Assembly (NCBI GenBank): GCA_011109175.1 | Contig: RDEW01000068.1 | Coordinates: 39,621-103,620 of the forward strand | Direction: 5' to 3' | From: Dicyema japonicum | Taxonomy: Eukaryota; Animalia; Dicyemida | Length of the DNA: 64,000 bases | Position numbers and translations under genes: made by a program | The notes under the pieces: model-generated | Seen by the model: only the letters and a program-made list of their open reading frames with translations | The model's database searches: none | What the model was told of the DNA's origin: nothing | Part shown: piece after piece, positions 54,031 through 64,000 of the stretch | Numbering within the stretch: the stretch's first letter is position 1 | How the letters are laid out: each line of letters opens with the position of its first letter

Positions 54031-55747
54031 CTTAGTTAGTTAGTTAAGAGCTCTTTCGCGTGTCCCTAAAAGGGGTTCGCTTGAGCCATGTTTTGCAGCC
54101 ATCCTCCTCGCCATCCTCGCTTACGCCATCTTGTTCTGGCCTTCATTCGAACATCATCCAGATCGTCCGCTGTCACCAATTTACGACTATTTTGTTCGTA
54201 GTCATCTTTTAAGCAGGTTGGAAATGTGTTTCTTGGTCTGCCTCGAAATCCGCGACTTCCGGCGTAGTAGAAATATTTTTCAATTATTCTGTAACATGGC
54301 GTAGTCGAGTCTAGTCTGAGGATATGTAAAAATAGTCGCCATCTCGATAAAATAACATCGGTGCTGAGTGGTCAGGATTTACATCGTGAATATAGATTTT
54401 CATTTGAGATTTTTCTCTGCAAAAAAATTCCAATTAACATCCGGAGTTGGCTCCTGTGAAAAGTATCTAGCTTCTCTAAATCAATTTTAGAAGATGCCCA
54501 TGTTCCAGAATTGTATAGCAAAATTGGTTTAACAAACGTGTCGTATAGTCTGACACGAAGTTTCAGTGATACATGTTTTTTCCTTATCCAAATTAGGTAC
54601 ATTTTTTGAAGTATATGGTAGCCAGCATTTTCCTTCGACAAATATCCTCAGCATCACCTAGCAGTGAGCCGAGTTTTTTGGTATGTCTCCAGCACTCATC
54701 GTTCCTTGATTCTGCTCGTTCGACTCGTGTATAATCAGTTTTTTTAATGTTTATGCGTAAATCACAATTCTTAAAAATACGTTCGGCTTGAAGTAAAATT
54801 TGGTCAAGTACTTCTTGGTCGGTAGACACAAAGTCTACATCATCCGCATAAATTATCTCTGTTATGTCCCGGTATTTAGGACCCATGACATTTCTCAATT
54901 CCTTGAGCGCAGCTTCGAGGTAAACAATAAATATAATTGGGGACAAGGAATCTCCTTGTGGAGTACCCATGTTGGTACTGAAACTCTTCGAATGCTTTGT
55001 TCCTATTCTCACGGATAGGTCAGTTTCGGAAAGTAATAAACTTATTAGTCTCAGGCAGTCTTCGTCAAGCAGTTCCTTTAGAACAATCATGAGTTTTTCT
55101 CTATTGATGCTGTCAAAAGCCTTCGTTAGATCAATTCCTAGGATGTAGATTACTTTCGTGTATTTTTGACATATTGATGTGAGCCATCGATGACTCCACA
55201 CAATATCTGAGGTTGATCTTCCACTTCTAAACCAACTTTGACTTAGGGAAAGGTATTTTTCCACTGGCTCTCGTATACGGTTAAGCACTATGATCGATAA
55301 GGTTTTCCTGATAACTGACAATAGAATAATAGGTCTTAGTCCGTCCAACGACCCTTCTTTTTTCCCAGGTTTATGTATTGGAATTAAGACTCCATGTCCC
55401 AAAGGAAGTGGACAGTGAAGTTCCATCGACTCATTTAAGATATTCGTGATTATATTCATAACAGTAACCGGGGCATGTTTTTGTAACTCACCCGGAATGC
55501 CATCATAACCAGCCGACCGATTTCCCTTTAGATGCATAAATGCATCGGTTACTTCCTTTATTGTAATTTTGTTTGTAAGGGGTCTCGGATATCCAATAAA
55601 TTTAGGTACATTCATCCCTTCAGATTTAAACAACGACTCGAAGTGTCTAGCAATATAATTTGCTTTATCCTCAGGGTTTTGAAGATATTGACCTTCGTCG
55701 TCACAGACTTTCAGTGGTTTCTTTGCAGTTCCTCGTGTAAGTATCAT
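54031..55747 (-). mobile_element. RTE-like LINE, 5'-truncated, youngest-looking copy in the window
   Basis: 384-aa RT ORF (LRPIILL, DLTKAFD, GTPQGDSLSP, YADD), C-terminal GRPR and a (TAAC)n tail at 54031-54047. Confidence 0.92.
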
Positions 55748-58050
55748 AGTGTTTATTGATAATAGGATTTACAATGGGCCTAATAAACTGGCATAAACAA
55801 GGGACATTAGTAAACTATGTGAAATCCTATTAAGGAACTCAAGGAAGAACGTCTGCTAGTGCAACCAAATCTATTTTCCAATAGTCCATTACAGGCTTTC
55901 GTTCCCGAAGAGAGGTCCAAAAATAGGTCCACTCTCATTTTTATAGCACATCCAACCTTCGCAGAAATCACTTCATAGGCGAAAGGATTTTCATCAAAAA
56001 TGCGTGGAACGACTTTCGAAAGAAAAATGCGGATAGAAAATAAAAATACTTGATACAAGGAATCACTTGAATTCCTATCGGAAGATAAATGATCTATGAA
56101 GTACTCACTAAAGAGAATCCTAATTGATCAATGCATAATCTTTGGAGAAAAACTCAAGAGATTTAATAGAACAGATCAAGGAGATTTCATTCCAAATGAA
56201 ATGGATCATAATATGGAAACCCCACTATGAGTTTAAATGATCAACAAATTTTTATCATGTAACGAGATCATTGGTGAAGGTTATCAGTGAGTGCATAAAC
56301 AATGCACTGGATTACCTCCATGAAGGTGTTTAAAGAAGCTGAGACGCGAAAATATTATAAGGGAACAACTATTCAGCTTTCGTTCATGTAAATCCTGCGG
56401 TTCATCTAAACTTGAGATAAACAAGAGGCTTCATTTTCCATTTTAATGTTAATGTCTCGACTAGAGCAACTGAAAACGATACTTTCTAACTTGGTGACCT
56501 GTCACGTGTTCTTTATATTTAACTTGAAAACCCACTTTTGTGGATATAATCATGTTTTGGAGGTTCCCAACCTTGTTTTGTTATCAAGAAAATTTTACTT
56601 TTACCCCATTTAGGCCCACCTATAAAAATAGTCTCTTGTCTGAAAATTGATTGTGGACAAAGATACACAAACTTCTATTTTTTTAAAAGAAAACAAAAAA
56701 AGCCTTTTGGTCAAGAGATTAGGATTACGAGGGTGTTCCCTTTGATCGAGCCTATACTTAAACCAGAATCCTTCACGGTGCTAGCTTCGTCCGGTACTGG
56801 AGAAAAATGCGTGCGTCTTTTCTCCCACGACCCATGAGGTCTTCATCGCAATAAGAGTGAAATTGTAGTTATCTCTGAGTGATCCGTACTTACATATTTA
56901 TAATATAGATTGGGTATCATAATTTTTAAATAAACTTGGAAATATCTAGCCAATTCATTCAAGTCGATTCTCCTTGCATAACAAAGCGTACATGGGAAAT
57001 GTGAGAAGAAATTACTTTAATCTTCAATAATTGGGAAAACTTGAAAAGGTTGAGAATTCATATTTTTGGAAATAAACGAATTTGTGTTGACTTCTTTATA
57101 ACTTTCCAAACCTGACTTTATCTTTGTTTCCAATGCTTAACAATAATTTTTGAAGAATTGGATGACTCCAGTATGGAGGAAGGAGATGAGGATACTTAAC
57201 ATTTTTTACAAACATCAAATTATAATTTAAAAAAGTTATTACAAAGGGAATGACATTTATACTTTGAAAAAAAAGAAAGATAACAACGAATACCTGTGTC
57301 CTAACTTTTTTAATTCCGTGTATGGTCTGAGATGAAAAGACAGGCATTCACAAATCAAGTGGCTGAGTAACATTATACACAACAGGAATATGTTAATCTC
57401 AACCTTCGATTACGGAAACTGTCCCCTATTACAAGATGTTCAAATAATAACGATGATTTGATAATTCTCTAATCAATGCTATGAATTCTTAAGTTAAAGG
57501 GAATAGAGTTTTTATTAAAGCTTAATGTTAGAGATAATTATTAAGGATTTGGTGGAGTGTTGTCCGCAGAATTATCATTATCCTTTAATTAGAAATAAAT
57601 TACATTCCATCCTAAAATATCACATAAACGAAAGGATGTGTATGTTGGAGAACTTTCGTCATTTTGTCTATCATCCTTCCGATTAAATTCAAATATACCC
57701 CCATCCCATAATATCGTTTATTCTGAATGAATTGTTGCTCATTTATTGGACATTAAATTTTTCTTTATATATTAAAATTTATCAAATTAATCTTCCCATC
57801 CAACTGAGAATTCGATAATTTACTTTTTTGAAGAAAACCTATAAATTTTTAATTTGCAAACAAAACCCTGACTCGTCTTTATCTCAGAAAAATTCGTTTG
57901 CAATTTAGAATTCGTCTTTTGTTTCAAATTTAAAATAAATTTCTAATTTTAATGATTTAAGTTCGAAATACAATAATTACTGATCCATTTGATTAATTTA
58001 ATTTTTTGCTTGCTGTTTTGATTTTTTAATTTATTATTTTATGACCCCAA

Positions 58051-59634
58051 CTCATTCATAAAACCCGTACTTTATATAACGTTGGAACTTGGGCGACCTC
58101 ATCAGGGGATATGCAAGACTAGATTCGTTCCACAGAAGAACTACTTGGTTTACCAGAATATCGAGAAATGCTTTATATAAGAGATGCAACACTAGACCTG
58201 ACAGTTTAGAAGTACTGGAATCCCGATGGAAGCTCTTCGGACACGTGCTGAGGATGGAATTAACATGCCCATCGAACATATCTATGGAAACATACTATGT
58301 TAGTCAAGAATGCCCCTATCGTGGAAGACCTAGAACAACACTGCCAATAGTTTAAAAAAAATACCTGATGTTAGTCAAGAAGGCCCCTATCGTGTAGACC
58401 TAGAACAACACTGCCAATAGTTTTACAAAAATACCTGATGTTAGTCAAGAAGACAGCTATCGTGGTAGACCTAGAACAACACTGCCAATAGTTTTACAAA
58501 AATACCTGATGTTAGTCAAGAAGACAGCTATCGTGGAAGACCTAGAACAACAGTGCCAATAGTTTTACAAAAATACCTGATGTTAGTCAAGAAGACAGCT
58601 ATCGTGGAAGACCTAGAACAACAGTGCCAATAGTTTTACAAAAAATACCTGATGTTAGTCAAGAGAAGACAGCTATCGTGGAAGACCTAGAACAACACTG
58701 CCAATAGTTTTACAAAATACCTGATGTTAGTCAAGAAGACAGCTATCGTGGAAGACCTAGAACAAACCAGTGCCAATAGTTTTACAAAAAATACCTGATG
58801 TTAGTCAAGAAGACAGCTATCGTGGAAGACCTAGAACAACAGTGCCAATAGTTTTACAAAAATACCTGATGTTAGTCAAGAAGACAGCTATCGTGGAAGA
58901 CCTAGAACAACAGTGCCAATAGTTTTACAAAAAATACCTGATGTTAGTCAAGAAGACAGCTATCGTGGAAGACCTAGAACAACACTGCCAATAGTTTTAC
59001 AAAAATACCTGATGTTAGTCAAGAAGACAGCTATCGTGGAAGACCTAGAACAACAGTGCCAATAGTTTTACAAAAATACCTGATGTTAGTCAAGAAGACA
59101 GCTATCGTGGAAGACCTAGAACAACACTGCCAATAGTTTTACAAAAATACCTGATGTTAGTCAAGAAGACAGCTATCGTGGAAGACCTAGAACAACAGTG
59201 CCAATAGTTTTACAAAAATACCTGATGTTAGTCAAGAAGACAGCTATCGTGGAAGACCTAGAACAACAGTGCCAATAGTTTTACAAAAATACCTGATGTT
59301 AGTCAAGAAGACAGCTATCGTGGAAGACCTAGAACAACAGTGCAATAGTTTTACAAAAATACCTGATGTTAGTCAAGAAGACAGCTATCGTGGAAGACCT
59401 AGAACAACAGTGCCAATAGTTTTACAAAAATACCTGATGTTAGTCAAGAAGACAGCTATCGTGGAAGACCAAGAACAACAGTGCCAATAGTTTTACAAAA
59501 AGACCTGATCAATATCAAAAGAAATTTAAAAACTTCCGACGACCTTGACACTATGAGAGCCTTGGCTAGGAACTTTTGCTGCACATGCGGGGCTATAATT
59601 AGTATGCTATCGTGAAGTGCTTAAATAATAATAA
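58051..59634 (+). mobile_element. RTE-like LINE 3' fragment hosting the 71-bp array
   Basis: FIKPVL, GTW, DSFHRR, RWKLFGHVLR, YRGRPRTTLPIV; the frame resumes after the array (LQKDLINIKRNLKTSDDL); (AAT)n tail. Confidence 0.85.
58295..59510 (+). repeat. 71-bp tandem array, 17 copies
   Basis: Unit GATGTTAGTCAAGAAGACAGCTATCGTGGAAGACCTAGAACAACA(C/G)TGCCAATAGTTTTACAAAAATACCT; unit starts include 58508, 58579 and 59436. Confidence 0.97.
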
Positions 59635-60808
59635 AGAACCAAGATCCACTTTTTTAGACACTTGTCGCCATAAATACACTCGATGATCTTTGAACATGAC
59701 TTTAAAGATTTTCGGCAATTGTATGTGCCTCTCCACAACGTGCTACAAGAGAACGCACTTGTTTAATTAAAATAGTTATATACATCATAAGATGCTCTGG
59801 TCGATTTTAATTGTCGTCTTTAGCAAATTGGACATTTCCAACTTGCACCTATTAGATGTGTTTAATTTGTTTTGAAAAAATGAAATATTTTTATCCTTTA
59901 AGTGCGGATGCTTCATCGATAAATGTCTTGATAGTTAGGAGAGAGCAAGATATGTATTAGGCATTATATGATTACATATTACACATTCTGCCGTATGCGG
60001 TAAATCAGATCCGTTCTGAAAAACCCATGAGAGGAAGCTTCATCATATTTTCTTTTATAAAAAACCTTTTTTGAATATTTTTTGAATCTCTTATTCAATC
60101 ATTGTTTCTTATTAAAATCTTAAAAACGGTATGTCAGGAAACACTGGATGAGTGCATAGGTCACTGCAATTATTCACAAAATATTAACCTCACAAATGTA
60201 AAATTTTATCAATGTTGTGCTAATAAATTGAATAAACACAGTGAATATTGCTTAAGATTCCAAAAAAGAAAATACCATAATATGGGGATCGATTCGCCTT
60301 CCAACCGAACTTCGTTGAGAAGACTGGCGTGGTTGGCCCCAGCTATCAGGTCTATCAGGTGACTTGCAAATGCAGAAAGGAGAGTCTTGAATGACTGAAT
60401 GACCGATGACTCCTTTAGATCATTAAGTTCACGATCATGAGGTGTAACTCCCATTGTATCCTAATACCTTAAGGCATAAGGGAGCCATTTAACTTTAATG
60501 GGATAAAAATGATAAAAGCCACATTGAGCATGACATCTAACAGCGATCGACATGTTACATTTAACCAGCATAGACGTGACAAAATATTTTTCAATTGTAG
60601 CCAAATGAATTGTCTGTGAAATTTCAGCCAAAGTGATTCCGACACTCTTGCCACATGCCACACTTCTTCTTTAATCAAGAATAAGCCTCCATAGATTTTC
60701 TCACACATAAATAGGGGGATCTTAGTCTCCTCAAATACAAATTATAATTTCCAAAGAAATAACTTAATAATTATTAAACTAATTCCCATTAAACCAAAAG
60801 TTATATAA

Positions 60809-61928
60809 TTAAACGATAAAATTTATTCTATGTTTCGATAAAAAATTATTCAAATCTTCCATATGTTTACCCCATGAATTTTTCAAGAGCCAATACTTTT
60901 CACCTTTTGAAATTCCATAACCCACAACAGAGAGTGAATGTAAATTATGCTCATTTGGACAATTTTTGTAATGGAATATTTCTAAAACGTTTCATTAATA
61001 TTTAGCTATAAAATATAGTTCAAATCTGGTAGAATGAATGAATTTAACAGTGACAGGTCCAACATCTACAAGCGTACGCAAAAGTATTTTTTATTACCAC
61101 TTTCAAGTTCTTTATATCCAGTCAAATTAAATTTAATATCTGGTTGACCTCTATATTTGCATTTACTAGCCTATATAATTATCCGTCGAAATTACTTTGG
61201 CTATATATGGATACCGTATTTCAGAATTAATTCCTCCGTTTTTTCGAATGTATTCATACACTTTATTTTCAGATTCACCTTTGCTGCATCCGTGATCATT
61301 CACACAATCAACTATATTTTGTTCGCTCATTGATATAAGTTTATTGTGTTTGATTGCAAAATGTGACTCCAACGTAGCCAACTAAATATATTAAACATTT
61401 TTAACTGCTCCAAAAGCATAGCATGAGCCACAATCAATCCTTGATTTTACATCAGTTACACAGTTTTTTTTACCCAATTAAAAGATCGGATATTTTTTTT
61501 CATAGATAGAGAAATCTCCAAGTAATTCATTTTCTACTGTACCATAAGAAATTATAATTATTATATAAATTGAATTTGCTGGGTTTGAATATTTCTCTCC
61601 TTGTCTACAAAATTATTTTATGAGAAAACCATGTCAGCAAACTGATTAATTCCTAATTCATACAAAAAATTTCCTTGTTTTGCGAGTATTGTGGTTGTCA
61701 ATATGTCTTAAATTTTCAGTAAAAATGGCCTTTCTAACTTGGAATTCTAAACCAGAATACGATTTGTCTATATTAAAAATTAATTTAACTGTATTTTTCC
61801 AGAAAATTATTCCATTTGATTTCATAATAATCAAAGGATTGATTGAATGATTCGTATTTGAAATGAATTTTAGATGAAATAAAAGAATTAAACAATATAG
61901 TGGAAACAACAAAAATTAGGTCGATCAT
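60809..61928 (-). CDS. Cathepsin L-like protease, paralog 2 (altered C-terminus; possible pseudogene)
   Basis: Same exon/intron layout as paralog 1; CGSCYAF, SEQNIVDC, HSLSVVGYG, KNSWG. The final WG..GY..NCG segment is replaced by KHMEDLNNFLSKHRINFIV*. Confidence 0.8.
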
Positions 61929-63639
61929 TTTAATTAATTCTGTATATTTTCATTTAAATATTATTTTATTATCAAAATATTAAAAAAATATTATTAAATT
62001 TAACTGAGTTCTACAAGGATCAGTTCTCTCCCATGATTTTTAATCATCACTTTCATTTTGCTATTTTTTCATAATTAGTATGGCTCTCGTGAAGTGCTTA
62101 AATAATAATAATGACCCCAATATACTCAATTGGCGTAAATTTAGTAAAATGTTTATTTGTTTGATAGTCAATGAGTCTGGAAAGCGAGGTTGTTTCAAAA
62201 AACTAAAAACTCATGAAATACTATTTTGCTTAATGAAAATTGCAATAAATATATTTTGGTCTCTAAATTATTTTAAAGAGAGTGAGGTATTTGGTGGATT
62301 CTTTGAATGTGTCTAATGATTTGAAGATGGAAAGCACTATGATAAAATTTTAATTTAATTAATTTATTGAACCACAACCAACGTCATATCCAAAAATAAC
62401 CAAATTTCAAGTGATCCCAGACTCCTTCAACAGTCTCCGCATCTTTTCTCAGTGTTTCGACTGCGTCCCTGCGCATTCTCCTGACATGATGAGTCTCACC
62501 GAAAAAGTGCCCGGATGTGTAGGAAGAGCCGTCCAGGAAAACTCCTAATTTTTGGTCCTTAGAATTTTAACTGAACGTAAAACGTCTGATGAAATCGGAT
62601 CTGAAGGTCTTGGGTTCGAATCCGAAAAATGGATTTTTCAGCGAAGGTCGATTCTTGTCAAACAGATCCCACCCGTGAGACGACGAGTCCTTCTGGCACG
62701 ACACAGCATTGAAAGGGATCTTCTTACTCTATCTTACCAAATCCTCTGGTGAAGATTACATTATGAAAACTCTTCCGCCGAAAAATGAAGTGATGTCTAC
62801 GAAGTAGGACTTGTTATGAAAATGAAATAGGGCGGATCTACTTCTTCACCTTTATTCGGAAGCCTGTAATGTACTATTGGAAAATGGATTTTGGTCGGCA
62901 CAAGCAGATGTTCTCCTTTTGGTTCCTTTCTTGAATTAATTTGTTATGACTTTTTGTGCTGAGCTTACCATTGTAAGGTGGGATTAATATTAATCGTCTT
63001 ATCGGATACGTTCTCCTAACCCATTTAAAAAAAAGACCGTATCAAATCTCAATTTCTTATTTTTTCCAATTTGTCTTAAAAATTAAATTAAAAATTGAGG
63101 ACCGCGGTCCAGACCAGTCTTATGACAATCGAACAACGACTGAATCCTTGCTACAGTTTTCTTCACCACTCTCTCTACTCGAATTCATCAAACATCCTTA
63201 TACAAGCATTTCCAGAACCAGTACTTTCTGTTTTTGTGACCGTGGGAACTGAAGTCATCTCCTACAGGTACATCACATGACGTCACTCAGAAGATAAGGA
63301 ACAGAGGAAAAGATGTTAAAAAATCTTCTCCTAAGTAGTTTGTGAGGAAAATCGAACCTAGATCCAATCGCTATAGTATGAAATTGTACCAACTAATGTA
63401 TCTGGTATGTTATGGGGTACATAATAATCTGAGATGGTATTACTTCCCAAAAGCTTTCGCCCATTGTATAAGTGGACTGAGATTAAAATAATGATCGCAA
63501 TTTAGACAGTTGAAAGTCAATAAAAATTTCCATTTCCTTCGACAAGCTCAGGCCTTGTCCTATTGTGCTATCAATTAAGCGGGATTTAATCAGACGTATT
63601 GAAAAAAAATTTTAAATTAAAGAACAATCTTCACGAGTG

Positions 63640-63905
63640 CGCTTCAAGGGCTGTTCTGTAGCCGTCAAGGCGGAGAAGGCCAAACTCGGAAAATACGGCG
63701 ACCTTCCCGATAATGTCAAATTTGTTCCGCTTGCTATGGAGACTTCCGGTTTCTACTCCCCTCTATACTAGAGTTTTTAGGACGTCTTGGAAACCGGATC
63801 ACCTCATGCACTGGAGATCTCCGCGAACGCCGCTGGCTGTTTGAGCGAATTTCGCTCACAATTCTAAGATGGAACAGCCACGCAATGAGGGCGGCAGCTA
63901 ACTGA
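63640..63905 (+). mobile_element. CRE-like 3' fragment
   Basis: AEKAKLGKYGDL..FVPLAMETSG..WLFERISL. Confidence 0.75.
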
Positions 63906-64000
63906 TGTTTTGTTTTTAAAATTGAATAAAATTGATTTTCCTAAAAATTAAAATTTCGGGTAAAGAATTCATTCTTGTTTTTAGTCTTTTTGCGTAAAAT

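Noticed and set aside
56900-57930. Possible degraded intron-containing gene
   Set aside because: Only short open stretches with several stops and no identifiable domain.
58295-59510. CRISPR array
   Set aside because: Units are contiguous and near-identical with no unique spacers, derive from LINE coding sequence, and no cas genes are present.
62586-62628. Hammerhead ribozyme (CTGATGA..GAAA)
   Set aside because: Stem II is offset by extra bases, stems I and III were not found, and the core is not conserved in paralogs.
62575-62630. tRNA-Arg gene or tRNA-derived SINE head (GTCTGA..TCGGATC.GAAG..GGTTCGAATCC)
   Set aside because: No A-box or acceptor stem. The two paralogous copies lose the exact B-box but keep a reading frame, so the resemblance is probably chance.

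Overview
AT-rich eukaryotic nuclear DNA, standard genetic code, not prokaryotic. Eight host genes sit as small islands among decayed transposons: CIAO1, an unknown coiled-coil protein, a DCTN3-like gene, HMG-CoA synthase, two cathepsin L-like paralogs, an EFCAB10-like gene and a GTPBP1/2-like GTPase. All are split by very short GT-AG introns (about 21-29 nt), which is why the ORF track fragments them. RFX X-box motifs lie 0-10 nt from the ATG of two genes, pointing to a ciliated animal or holozoan. Together with the micro-introns this resembles a dicyemid-type mesozoan genome (inference only). The mobile DNA includes RTE-, Jockey/I-, R4- and CRE-like LINE remnants, pogo, hAT and MULE remnants, intron-containing Ginger-like integrase transposons, and a SINE-like family with a conserved 3' stem. 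Most unusual is 58041-62120. One 10-bp candidate target-site duplication brackets a LINE 3' fragment carrying a 17 x 71-bp internal tandem array, a 2.4-kb insert holding an intron-retaining cathepsin paralog, and a second copy of the LINE tail. Many single-base frameshifts at homopolymers suggest an unpolished long-read assembly. Remnant boundaries are approximate and were read by eye.
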